Shown here: positions 1 to 8,734 of the stretch, piece by piece
How positions within the stretch are numbered: position 1 is the first letter of the stretch
How the letters are laid out: each line of letters begins with the position of its first letter
Assembly: GCA_046484885.1 (NCBI GenBank)
Contig: JAWOIA010000075.1
Coordinates: 26,689-58,688, forward strand
Length of the DNA stretch: 32,000 nucleotides
Origin: Desulfosarcina sp.
Lineage (GTDB): Bacteria > Desulfobacterota > Desulfobacteria > Desulfobacterales > Desulfosarcinaceae
Direction of reading: 5' to 3'
Translations under genes and position numbers: made by a program
The notes under the pieces: generated by a model
What the model saw: the letters and a program-made list of their open reading frames with translations, nothing else
Told to the model about the DNA's origin: nothing
The model's database searches: none

Positions 1-175
1 CATCCAGCGCTGTCATGGAAAAATCAAAGATGGCCCTGCTGCCGGTGCTCTGCGCCATCTGAGTGACTGGTGGGATCATCTCCTGCGGCCGCCAGACAAA
101 GCCAAAAATTGGAGCTCGATGTTCAGCCAAGGGGTTGTGACCTCCGTATCGCGGGAATACAAATGGTTGCGGTAA

Positions 176-1297
176 TTATAAAGTCTTGCTGAATACACGA
201 TACGTATTGCGCACGCGTGCGCCGGCCTCCTCTATCAGGAAGTTGACCGACTCGTTGTCCTCTAATGTCCAGCCCAGTTCCAGAGAGTGGTATTTTCCTT
301 TCTTGCGCACCACGTCATACAGATAGCGGAAGGCCAGCAGGGGAAGTCCCAGTTGCCGATACTTTTCCTTGATCCCGAAAGCCAGACACCGCAACCCGGT
401 GATCTCGTGTCGATAGAGCAGGACCTTTAGCGGTCCCAGCAGGCCGATACGCCCGTTGAGACGCTTGAGCAAAGGATTGATGTCGGGTAAAATCAAGCAG
501 ACCCCAGCGGGTTCATTCTCATGATAAATGAAGAACGCCAGGTCCGGGTCAGCGATTTTTGCCATGCCTTTTCCTATCTCGATGGTCTCATGATCGCTCA
601 GGGGAACGTAACCCCAGTTGCCGGACCAGGAGTCGTTGTAAATCTCCCTGACCAAAGCAAGCTCGGGAGTCGGATCCTTTAGCCGAAAGCCCCGGATGTG
701 GACACTTTTTTTGGCGGCCATCCGTTCGGCAAGACGATCCAGCCACTCGGGCAGTTGGTAAGGTCTTTGGATCAGGAATGAAAACAGGTCCTTCTCTTTC
801 GCAAAACCGCACGATTCGACCAGCCCTTCGTAGTAGGGCGGATTGTAAGGCATCATGATGGCAGGAGGATTATCAAAGCCGTCAATGAGCAGGCCCAGAT
901 CGTAATTGACGGATGGGTTGAGAGGACCTCTCAAGAAGGTCATCCCCTTGCCGCGAACCCAGATCTCCACGGAAGCGAAGAGGGATGCGGCGGCTTCCGG
1001 ATCGGGGGCACATTCAAAGAATCCCCATATGCCCATCGCTTCACTGTGAACATCGTTATGATGGTGATCGATGATTCCCGCGATCCTCCCCACCACCTCC
1101 AAGCCGCGTCTGGCCAGAAAGAGGATGCGCTCAGAGAATTCCCAGAAAGGGTGTATGCCGGGAGCCAGCATACGGCGAACCTCTTTTTTGAGGGGCGGGA
1201 CCCATTGGGGGTACCCGGCATAAATTTTCCAAGGCAGATTAATGAACGCGTTGAGTTCCGAGTTTTTCTCAACAGTTATGATCTCAATGTCGGGCAT
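176..1297 (-). CDS. Uncharacterised GNAT-like (acyl-CoA N-acyltransferase fold) protein, 373 aa
   Basis: Long uninterrupted ORF lying 46 nt downstream of the epimerase gene on the same strand. The C-terminal half (FFIYHENEPAGVCLILPD...LRCLAFGIKEKYRQLGLPLLA) looks like a GNAT acetyl-CoA-binding core. Function assigned by pattern recognition only. Confidence 0.5.
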   Translation of the reverse strand: MPDIEIITVEKNSELNAFINLPWKIYAGYPQWVPPLKKEVRRMLAPGIHPFWEFSERILFLARRGLEVVGRIAGIIDHHHNDVHSEAMGIWGFFECAPDPEAAASLFASVEIWVRGKGMTFLRGPLNPSVNYDLGLLIDGFDNPPAIMMPYNPPYYEGLVESCGFAKEKDLFSFLIQRPYQLPEWLDRLAERMAAKKSVHIRGFRLKDPTPELALVREIYNDSWSGNWGYVPLSDHETIEIGKGMAKIADPDLAFFIYHENEPAGVCLILPDINPLLKRLNGRIGLLGPLKVLLYRHEITGLRCLAFGIKEKYRQLGLPLLAFRYLYDVVRKKGKYHSLELGWTLEDNESVNFLIEEAGARVRNTYRVFSKTL

Positions 1298-1343
1298 GAT
1301 CGCTCTTTGGGAAAGTTGTCACAGAAACAGGGCATCCATATGG

Positions 1344-2324
1344 CTACAGCCAATTTTCTTTTTTGTACCAGTCAACGGTAGACTCAGCTCCCCGGGCAAG
1401 GGCTATCCGGGGATCGAAACCAAATGAAACCCGGGCCTTTGTAATATCGCAAAGCCAATTTTCCCGGATCATTTCATCAACCTTGCCTATGCTCAGGATG
1501 GAAGGCTTTCCGGATACCCGGGAGAAACATTCCGACAAAAAAGCCATACCAAACAGTACCTGCTTGGGAAAGCGGATCGGCGAGACGCTTATTCCCATCG
1601 CCTGCGCAAAAATATCACCAATCTCGTCCATCCGGTAGTCTTGACCATCGGACAGAAAAAATACCACCCCGTGCTCTGTCCAGGTCTCGGCCGCCAACAA
1701 GATCCCTTGAACAAGGTCCTGAACATGACACATGCTGATGTATTGGTCGTGGTGGGAGAAACAGGGTTTGATGCCCTTGGAGAGACACTTGCAGAGAGCA
1801 TAAAAGCCTTTATCCCTGGGACCATAGACGGCGCACGGCCGCAGGATCACAAGAGGGAGCTCAGGGCAGTGGGACAAGGCCAATGCCTCCCCCAGCAATT
1901 TGCTTTTCCCGTAGGGCGAAACCGGTTCGCAAGGATCGGATTCCTTCTTCTTGCCACCGCTCCGAAGCGGACCCGCTGCCGCCTGACTGGAGATATGGAC
2001 AAATTTTTGGATGCGCGTATTGTTTTCGATGCAGGCTCGCACAAGGTTGTCCGTACCCAGGGCATTTACTTCGAAAAACGTTTTTTCTTTGACCGCAGCG
2101 GTCACACCCGCAAGATGAAAGACCTGATCGACGTCTTTTACAACTTTTTTCAGGGAATCCTTCTCCTGGCAGATGCCTTCAACAAACTCTACGGGGGAGT
2201 CTTTGACCCACCCCAGCTCCCTTTTGTTGCGGACGAGGCATCTGACGTGGACTCCCCGCTCAACGAGAGCTTCCACCAGGTGGCTTCCGATAAATCCGGT
2301 CGCTCCGGTAACCAACGCCTTCAC
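1344..2324 (-). CDS. NAD-dependent epimerase/dehydratase (extended SDR family), 326 aa
   Basis: N-terminal Rossmann motif MKALVTGATGFIGSHLVEAL and catalytic YxxxK (SPYGKSK). Co-directional with both flanking genes. Confidence 0.8.
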   Translation of the reverse strand: MKALVTGATGFIGSHLVEALVERGVHVRCLVRNKRELGWVKDSPVEFVEGICQEKDSLKKVVKDVDQVFHLAGVTAAVKEKTFFEVNALGTDNLVRACIENNTRIQKFVHISSQAAAGPLRSGGKKKESDPCEPVSPYGKSKLLGEALALSHCPELPLVILRPCAVYGPRDKGFYALCKCLSKGIKPCFSHHDQYISMCHVQDLVQGILLAAETWTEHGVVFFLSDGQDYRMDEIGDIFAQAMGISVSPIRFPKQVLFGMAFLSECFSRVSGKPSILSIGKVDEMIRENWLCDITKARVSFGFDPRIALARGAESTVDWYKKENWL

Positions 2325-2398
2325 TCAATGTTTCCTCGATAGATCAAAAGGCATCGCTTTTCAGCCTAATTTTTCGTAAAACACTTCTTGTTCGGCCG

Positions 2399-3424
2399 TC
2401 AAGAAACCGTGACCGCTTTCACACCCCCAGGGGATCGCTGCGGCGAAGCAGCGTCGAGGGGGTGACAATCCGCTTCGATCAGGCGGCGGCAGACAGTGGC
2501 GATGTTCAACGCCGCCGAACCGTTCTGCAGCGGCATCAGATGCCGCAATCGTTCCATATCAAAGTCTGAATAGGTCTCTTTTCCGAGCGCAACACCGACG
2601 AAGGCCGTCGACGAAAATCGAGTGATCAGGACATCGCAGTTAGCGATCATTTCCTCCGCGCTCCCGGTCGTGAACACCATAGCCCCCGGCGCGTAGCGGT
2701 TGATTTCCTGGGTTGCGCGGGCGACATTTTCGATCGGGTGCAGCTTGAAGATAAGCGTCCGACCTGCGGCGATCGCCACCGCTTTTCTGATAAAGGCCGC
2801 GCGGTCTTCGCGCCGGTATACCTCCCTCAGGGCCGACGTGCAGGCCAGCACGTAGTTTTTGTAGGGAAAGTCATTGTTGAAATATCGCCGGCAGTTATCG
2901 AAATTGGGGATTCCCGTGACAACGATCTTTTCGGGGGGCGCACCTCTTTGAGTGAAGAAGTCGCGATACCCCTTGCTTGCAACACAAAACGCCAGATATG
3001 CGTCACTGGCCCCGGTCATGGCCGTGTCCGCCATCCATCCAGGAAGAAAGCGCAGGCGCTTGACGAGACGGAACATAATCGATTCCGGATCGATCATCCC
3101 CTCTTGAACCAGAACGATCCGGTTGTCGCGAATGTTCCTCTGCAGATATACGTCCGTGCAGGTGACCACCAGGTCGTAAGGCTGGTTTTTTCCGCGGTAG
3201 TCGACGCGAAGGCCATGATTCCGCAAATAGGTCCGACAGCGATCCACCGTTTGGTTACCCGCGATCGTGAATTCGATCAACCCAAGTTTTCGAAGAATCT
3301 CTTCAAACCCGTGGCAGTAGAAAGGTGAGAAGGAATGGTCACAGTCGGAAAGGTGCATGGCGATCTGGTGCATTTGGGTTGTCTGGTTCATTGAACCACA
3401 GATGAACAAAATCTTTTTTTTCAT
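2399..3424 (-). CDS. GT-B-like glycosyltransferase / polysaccharide-biosynthesis-type protein (function uncertain), 341 aa
   Basis: The ORF track extends to 3493. The internal ATG at 3424 (MKKKILFICGS...) is preceded by GGAGAG with a 5-nt spacer, so I prefer it. The two-Rossmann-like layout (KILFICGS... N-terminal, ...LIFKLHPIEN...VLITRFSSTAFVGVALGK C-terminal) resembles GT-B enzymes. Family not confidently identified. Confidence 0.4.
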   Translation of the reverse strand: MKKKILFICGSMNQTTQMHQIAMHLSDCDHSFSPFYCHGFEEILRKLGLIEFTIAGNQTVDRCRTYLRNHGLRVDYRGKNQPYDLVVTCTDVYLQRNIRDNRIVLVQEGMIDPESIMFRLVKRLRFLPGWMADTAMTGASDAYLAFCVASKGYRDFFTQRGAPPEKIVVTGIPNFDNCRRYFNNDFPYKNYVLACTSALREVYRREDRAAFIRKAVAIAAGRTLIFKLHPIENVARATQEINRYAPGAMVFTTGSAEEMIANCDVLITRFSSTAFVGVALGKETYSDFDMERLRHLMPLQNGSAALNIATVCRRLIEADCHPLDAASPQRSPGGVKAVTVS

Positions 3425-3689
3425 TAACGCTCTCCGCTGGTCCATATTTGCAACTTCTACTATAAAGTCAAATAGAAAGGAGCTCTGATGCACAATTTTT
3501 GGTTCTGATGCCGGTGGTGCGTAAGCGGTCCAAACGGCGATACACCAAGGATTCCGGTATCTTCAGGGTGCACAGAACCCGGATCGGGGGCAGGCGGCAC
3601 AGAAATTCACCACCAGGGTCTGTCCCAGGCGTTTGACCAGTTTTAACAGTCGTATCAGTGCGTTGGGATAAAAGCGCTGTGGTTTTATA

Positions 3690-3717
3690 TTGACTCTTTA
3701 GGCTTCAAATGTAATAC
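3690..3717 (+). promoter_or_regulatory. Candidate sigma70-type promoter for the mttB-like operon
   Basis: TTGACT (3690-3695), 16-nt spacer, TAATAC (3712-3717), about 50 nt upstream of ATG 3767. Motif match only. Confidence 0.25.
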
Positions 3718-3766
3718 AAAAACAATTTTCACCATCGGCACATCAATAATGAACAGGAGAAGACAA

Positions 3767-5218
3767 ATGGACTCCAAAGGTCTCAGCGGCGGCATTTACC
3801 AACCGTTGTCGCCGGCAGGCATCGAAACCATTCACGCCGCATCGCTGGCTATCCTCGAAAAGACCGGTATCACCTGGGAATCCGGTCTGGAGGAAACGGT
3901 GGATATGCTGGCGTCCGCCGGCGCGACCGTTGACCGGCAAGCCAGACGGATCCGTTTTGACCGGAAACTGGTCCTCGAACAGGTGGCCAAAGCGCCAGCG
4001 CGGGTGATTCTTTACGCACGCGATGGGAAAAACGACCTCGACCTGACCGAGGACAAGGTTCATTTAGGCACCGGGGGTGCTGCCGTCAAAATCCTCGATC
4101 TGGAAAGCGGGGCGCCCCGTCCTTCAACCCTCCGCGACCTCTATGACCTTGGCCGGCTGGTGGATCGGTTGGACCACATTCACTTTTTCCTGCGGCCTTG
4201 CATTCCCACGGATATCCCCAAAGCCGACTATGACATCAATATGTTCTACGCCTGCCTCAAAGCGACGGGAAAACATGTCATGAGCGGGGTCAATGACGAG
4301 ACGGGGCTGGAGAACGTGATTGAGATGTCAGCTTTGCTGGCCGGAAGCGCAGAACAGCTGCGAGCCAAACCCTTCATCTCGATCATCACCTCCTTTGCCA
4401 TCTCACCGCTGAAATTGTGCACCCAGTCCACACGGATCATGCAGGCCTGCAACCGCAAGGGAATCCCCGTGGTCCTCTCCGCCGCCCCCATGTCCGGCTC
4501 CACCAGTCCCATGACCATGGCCGGCACGCTGGCCCAGCTCCACGCCGAGCAGTTGTCCGGCATCACCATCTGCCAGCTGACCCGCCCCGGCGCACCACTG
4601 CTCTACGGCGGCATCCCGGGCATGGCCAACATGGCCACCATGGGCTATCTGGGCGGCGGCGTGGAGTGTGGCATGATGAATGCCGCGGTCCATCAACTGG
4701 CCGCCCACATCAAGGTGCCCAACTACAACTCCGCCGGGTTGACCGACTCCAAAATTCCCGATGCCCAGGCCGGCTGGGAGAAAGCCATGACCATCCTGCT
4801 GGCCGCCATGGGCGGTTCCAACTTCATGCACCACAGCGCGGGCATGCTGGAATCGATGCTGACGGTCGCCCCGGAGCAGTTTGTCATGGACGACGAGATC
4901 ATCGGCATGACCTGCAAGGTGCTCACGGGCATCGCGGTGGATGCCGACCACCTGGCCCTGGAAGTGATCGACGCCGTGGGGCCGGCCGGCAACTTCATGA
5001 TGGATGCCCATACCATGCAATACATGCGCAGCGAGTATTTTCAGGGCAACGGCGTCACCGATCGCAAAAGCCGCCACCATTGGGAACAGGCCGGAGCGAC
5101 GGATGCCCGCCAGCGCGCCAGGGAGATCGCCCGCAAGATTCTTGCGTCGCCGGAAACCCCCTACATTCCATCGGAAATTGATCAGGCCATCCGGAAACGG
5201 TTTGCCGTGCTGCTGTGA
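3767..5218 (+). CDS. MttB-superfamily (trimethylamine methyltransferase family) protein, non-pyrrolysine type, 483 aa
   Basis: Length and overall sequence pattern are typical of MttB-family proteins, e.g. the N-terminal LSPAGIETIHAASLAILEKTGI block. The frame has no internal TAG, so it is not a Pyl enzyme. Start moved from 3749 to ATG 3767 because AGGAGA lies 6 nt upstream. Confidence 0.75.
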   Translation: MDSKGLSGGIYQPLSPAGIETIHAASLAILEKTGITWESGLEETVDMLASAGATVDRQARRIRFDRKLVLEQVAKAPARVILYARDGKNDLDLTEDKVHLGTGGAAVKILDLESGAPRPSTLRDLYDLGRLVDRLDHIHFFLRPCIPTDIPKADYDINMFYACLKATGKHVMSGVNDETGLENVIEMSALLAGSAEQLRAKPFISIITSFAISPLKLCTQSTRIMQACNRKGIPVVLSAAPMSGSTSPMTMAGTLAQLHAEQLSGITICQLTRPGAPLLYGGIPGMANMATMGYLGGGVECGMMNAAVHQLAAHIKVPNYNSAGLTDSKIPDAQAGWEKAMTILLAAMGGSNFMHHSAGMLESMLTVAPEQFVMDDEIIGMTCKVLTGIAVDADHLALEVIDAVGPAGNFMMDAHTMQYMRSEYFQGNGVTDRKSRHHWEQAGATDARQRAREIARKILASPETPYIPSEIDQAIRKRFAVLL

Positions 5219-5231
5219 AAGGAATCCATCC

Positions 5232-6146
5232 ATGAAAGTTGGGGTTTATCAGACCGACCCGGTCCTGCTGGACGTCAAAGCCAACCTCGACGATACGATC
5301 GAGAAGATCGAAGCCGCCAAAAATGCGGGCGTCGACCTGGTCGTCTTTCCCGAACTGTCCCTGACGGGCTACTTTGTGCGGGAACGCTACCACGAAGCGG
5401 CCCTGCGCATGGATGCGCCGGAGATCGGGCGGATAGCCAGGGCGACCAAGGGCACCGCCGCGGTGGTGGGGTTCATCGAAGAGTCCCAGGCTATGAATTT
5501 CTACAATTCGGCGCTGGTGGCCGTTGACGGAGAGATCCTGTTCGCCTATCGCAAACTCAACCTGCCCAATTACGGGGTCTTTGAAGAGCGCAAGATTTTC
5601 TCCGGTGGCAAGCATGTGCGGGTGTTCAAACTCAAGGGGTTGACCATCGCCCCGTTTATCTGCAATGACCTCTGGCACCCCTCCTTGCCATACCTGGGGG
5701 TCACCCAGAAGGCGGACATCTTCATCACCCTGTTCAACTCCTCCAGGGGATCCATGGGCAATGAATTTTCGAATATCGAAAGCTGGAACATCATCAACCG
5801 CTTCTACTCCCGGGTCTTCGGCGTATACAACCTGTGCGCCAACCGGGTAGGCTGCGAAGTCTTCCAGGACCTCCGATCCTCGGAAACCGATCCCCAGGAC
5901 GCCGCCACCTGCGGGGTTGACGACAACCCGTTTCGCTTCTGGGGCGGCAGTGAGATTATCAACCCCTTCGGCCAGGCCATCATCACAGCGGCCCTGTACG
6001 ACCCCGATGCGATTTTTGCGGATATCTCCCGGGAGATCATCCGCAAAAAAAAGATTGTGCTGCCCTACCTGCGCAACGAAGATCCCTATTTCACTCACCG
6101 AGAGCTGGGGCGAATCCTCTACGGGAAAACGCTGCTAACGAAATGA
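5232..6146 (+). CDS. Carbon-nitrogen hydrolase (nitrilase/amidase superfamily), 304 aa
   Basis: E-K-C catalytic triad contexts are present: VVFPELSLTGY (Glu), FAYRKLNLPNY (Lys), APFICNDLWHP (Cys). ATG 5232 lies 13 nt after the mttB-like stop. The longer 5004 start in the track overlaps the preceding gene and is not needed. Confidence 0.8.
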   Translation: MKVGVYQTDPVLLDVKANLDDTIEKIEAAKNAGVDLVVFPELSLTGYFVRERYHEAALRMDAPEIGRIARATKGTAAVVGFIEESQAMNFYNSALVAVDGEILFAYRKLNLPNYGVFEERKIFSGGKHVRVFKLKGLTIAPFICNDLWHPSLPYLGVTQKADIFITLFNSSRGSMGNEFSNIESWNIINRFYSRVFGVYNLCANRVGCEVFQDLRSSETDPQDAATCGVDDNPFRFWGGSEIINPFGQAIITAALYDPDAIFADISREIIRKKKIVLPYLRNEDPYFTHRELGRILYGKTLLTK

Positions 6147-6154
6147 TTGATGAA

Positions 6155-6330
6155 CTCGTAAAAAGTCGAATTTTTCGCTTCGTGAGGGTTTCGGGGCGCG
6201 ATTTTGGTGACGGCTAAATTGCAAGAACTCGTCGCAAACTCCTCAAACAGCTTGCAATTTTTAACGCCTTCCCCAAAATCGCTTCTTCCCCCGAAGCCCT
6301 CAATGGCGCTCAAAATTGACTTTTTACGAG
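6155..6330. repeat. ~176-bp imperfect palindromic intergenic element (long hairpin; MITE/REP-like)
   Basis: Nested inverted-repeat arms: ctcgtaaaaagtcgaatttt (6155-) pairs with aaaattgactttttacgag (-6330). agggtttcgggg (6185-6196) pairs with ccccgaagccct (6289-6300). gcgattttgg pairs with ccaaaatcgc (6273-6282). taaattgcaag (6215-6225) pairs with cttgcaattt (6251-6260). The centre is near 6238. Confidence 0.6.
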
Positions 6331-6373
6331 GCCGTCAAATGATTATAGGTTAAGCAATGGGGCGCAACTGCAA

Positions 6374-7336
6374 ATGAATGCCAACCGACCCGAGCCCTTT
6401 CAGCGGCAGGCAGAGATGCTGGCCAACCGCGTAAAAAAAAGGTTCAATCACCTCTCCAGCCGCTTCAGCAAACGGAATATCGACATTTTCCGGCTCTACG
6501 ACTGGGACATACCGGAAATTCGCGCCGTGGTGGACTGGTATGGCGGTCACCTGGTGATCGGGGAGTACATGCGGCGCCAGTCGGCACCCCAATGGTTGCC
6601 CGTGATGGGCCGGGCCGTGGCCGAAGCCCTGAACGTACCGACGAACCAGCTTCACCTGAAACAACGCTGGGCCGGTGCACGGGACGGTCGACGCTACGAG
6701 CGCATCGACCACACCGATCGAAAAATCGTCCTCTCCGAGCGGGATCTGAAATTTCTGGTCAACCCCTGGGACTATGTCGACACCGGCCTGTTTGCCGACC
6801 ACCGCGAAACCCGGAAGATGGTCCGGGGAATTGCGGCCGGCAAGGATTTTCTCAACCTGTACGGCTACACGGGGTCCTTTTCATGCTATGCCGCCAGAGG
6901 CGGAGCCCGCACCACCGTTTCGGTGGACCGTTCGGAAGGCGCCACCCAATGGGCCCGGGAGAACCTGATTCTCAACGACCTCGATTTACAAACCAACACG
7001 TTGGTCCAGGCCCATGTTTTCGACTTTCTCAATCAAGCCCGCAGCACTGACCAGCGCTTTGACTTGGCTGTGGTGGATCCACCCTCCTACTCGAGCACCA
7101 AAACCCGCAACGTAACGTTCGACGTTGTCAGGGACCACCCCCGGCTCCTGGAAATGGTGATCGAACGGCTGCGACCGGGGGGAACCCTGTTTTTCTCGAC
7201 CAATCACCAGGATTTCGAGCTGCGAAGGGATGCATTTGCGGCTGCCGACGTTAAGGAGATCACGGCTGCCACCATCCCCGAAGATTATCGGAACCCTCGC
7301 AAAACCATCCACCGCTGCTGGCGGATCAACGTGTAG
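6374..7336 (+). CDS. Class I SAM-dependent RNA methyltransferase, RlmK-like (resembles the C-terminal m7G2069 module of E. coli RlmKL), 320 aa
   Basis: The N-terminal block ANRVKKRFNHLSSRFSKRNIDIFRLYDWDIPEIRAVVDWYGGHLVIGEY resembles the RlmK module as I recall it. SAM motif I is FLNLYGYTGSFS and motif IV is VVDPPSYS. Confidence 0.65.
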   Translation: MNANRPEPFQRQAEMLANRVKKRFNHLSSRFSKRNIDIFRLYDWDIPEIRAVVDWYGGHLVIGEYMRRQSAPQWLPVMGRAVAEALNVPTNQLHLKQRWAGARDGRRYERIDHTDRKIVLSERDLKFLVNPWDYVDTGLFADHRETRKMVRGIAAGKDFLNLYGYTGSFSCYAARGGARTTVSVDRSEGATQWARENLILNDLDLQTNTLVQAHVFDFLNQARSTDQRFDLAVVDPPSYSSTKTRNVTFDVVRDHPRLLEMVIERLRPGGTLFFSTNHQDFELRRDAFAAADVKEITAATIPEDYRNPRKTIHRCWRINV

Positions 7337-7447
7337 CCCGTCGGGCCGGCGACAAAAATTCCAGCCACGCCTTTAAACCCAGTCGCAATGGACCCATATT
7401 GGTTGGTATCGGCAATGCGCCGCAACCCATACCGAGGAGAAACCGCC

Positions 7448-7771
7448 ATGATCCAAACCGCAATCGCCATGGATTTGGTTAACTTGTTGGACTATCAGAA
7501 AGATGCGGTCGTGAGCAAAACCATCATCGATAAAAAGACAGGCACCGTAACTCTTTTTGCCTTTGATCAGGGGCAGGGACTGAGCGAACACACGGCGCCC
7601 TTTGATGCCATGGTACAGGTGCTGGACGGCCAGGTGGAAATCCGCATCGCCGGCAGTCCGCATCGACTGGGCACCGGCCAGGTTATCATTATGCCGGCCA
7701 ATCAACCCCACGCCTTGAAGGCGGTTAGGCCGTTCAAAATGTTGCTGACCATGATCCGATCGGGCGGTTAG
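7448..7771 (+). CDS. Cupin domain protein, 107 aa
   Basis: Cupin motifs GLSEHTAPFDAMVQVLDGQVEIRIAG and IIMPANQPHAL. ATG 7448 is preceded by GAGGAG; the 7388 start in the track has no RBS. Confidence 0.7.
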   Translation: MIQTAIAMDLVNLLDYQKDAVVSKTIIDKKTGTVTLFAFDQGQGLSEHTAPFDAMVQVLDGQVEIRIAGSPHRLGTGQVIIMPANQPHALKAVRPFKMLLTMIRSGG

Positions 7772-7875
7772 CCTGACGCAAAAGGACTTGTAAAAAGATT
7801 ATGCCCATTTTCAAGGGGCATGGAACCATTCAACCCCGCCTGTTTACAACCGCCACGATCACAGTCGCTGACGAG

Positions 7876-7894
7876 TGTCCGTCCAGAAACGAGC
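7876..7894 (+). repeat. Dispersed intergenic repeat, copy A (tgtccgtccagaaacgagc)
   Basis: Matches copies at 9890, 20685 and 20817 with 2-5 mismatches over 19 nt (hand alignment). Confidence 0.5.
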
Positions 7895-8017
7895 GGGGCG
7901 GCGCTTGCCGGTCGGCTTGGGTGCAAAAACCGGTTGACAAATTTGCCCCGATTAGATAGTCGTGCCAAAAGCGACTGAGCGTTCGCTCGGCTTTGTGACC
8001 CGTATCCCCTTTTTCGG

Positions 8018-8683
8018 ATGGGTGGGCCCACCGTGATGCTTCAGGAAAAAAACGCCGCCAACACCATTCCGACGCTGGTCAAAAACCAGGCCCTGGTGGG
8101 GCAGCGCCGGCGGCAGATTGTGGATGCGGCGGTGAACCTGTTCATCGACAAGGGGTTCCACAAGACCACCACCCGCCAGATTGCCCGAGCGGCCGGGATC
8201 TCCATCGGCTCACTCTACGAGTACATCGCCACCAAAGAGGATGTCCTCTATTTGGTATGCGATGCCATCCATGCCGAGATCGAACGCGGTGTCGCCGAAG
8301 CGCTTAAAAGAGCCAATAAGGGGAAAAACCCCTTGGCTGAAGTGATCCGTGAATATTTCATGGTCTGCCACCGCATGAACGACCACATCCTCCTGATCTA
8401 CCAAGAGACCCAGTCCCTGCCCGCCAAATGGCGGCGGATGGTACTGGAAAATGAAATCCGCATTACCGGGATTTTTACCGGCGTGCTGGCCGGGCTGATG
8501 GTCTCGGGGGCGCTGCCGCGGATATCGCCGCGCAAACTGGACCTGGTCGCCCATAACATCTCCGTATTGGGGCACATGTGGACCTTCCGGCGCTGGTTTC
8601 TGGCCAACCACTACACGGTCGAGGAGTATATTGATTTCCAGACCCACAACATCCTTGGCATGTGCCAAGAAAGTGCCGCTTGA
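8018..8683 (+). CDS. TetR/AcrR family transcriptional regulator
   Basis: N-terminal HTH QRRRQIVDAAVNLFIDKGFHKTTTRQIARAAGISIGSLYEYIATKEDVL. The start is ambiguous (ATG 8018 or ATG 8036) and neither has a clear RBS. Confidence 0.8.
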   Translation: MGGPTVMLQEKNAANTIPTLVKNQALVGQRRRQIVDAAVNLFIDKGFHKTTTRQIARAAGISIGSLYEYIATKEDVLYLVCDAIHAEIERGVAEALKRANKGKNPLAEVIREYFMVCHRMNDHILLIYQETQSLPAKWRRMVLENEIRITGIFTGVLAGLMVSGALPRISPRKLDLVAHNISVLGHMWTFRRWFLANHYTVEEYIDFQTHNILGMCQESAA

Positions 8684-8734
8684 AAAAAGCGGCACAGCCT
8701 TCACGACACCAATAACCAACGCAGGAGGGATGGA

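Noticed and set aside
1-79. Possible 5' end of a further minus-strand gene (ATG at 79: MIPPVTQMAQSTGSRAIFDFSMTALD...) running off the left edge.
   Set aside because: Only 26 codons are visible, the AGGAG directly abuts the ATG (poor spacing) and no recognisable motif is present. That is too little to support a feature call.
4403-5233. Long antisense or alternative-frame ORFs overlapping the mttB-like gene (4403..5233 minus, 276 aa; 4417..5181 plus, 254 aa; 4723..5025 minus).
   Set aside because: Their composition is Gly/His/Arg/Ala-rich and low-complexity, which is typical of shadow ORFs in GC-rich DNA. The overlapping plus-strand frame has a clear family match and an RBS.
6119-6313. 64-aa minus-strand ORF inside the palindromic element.
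   Set aside because: It lies entirely within the inverted-repeat structure, overlaps the end of the C-N hydrolase gene and has no RBS. It most likely reflects the repeat rather than a gene.
7934-7988. TTGACA at 7934-7939 and the inverted repeat gagcg-tt-cgctc (7977-7988) upstream of tetR, considered as a promoter and TetR operator.
   Set aside because: No acceptable -10 lies at 16-18 nt spacing from the TTGACA. The inverted repeat has only 5-bp arms. This is not enough to call.
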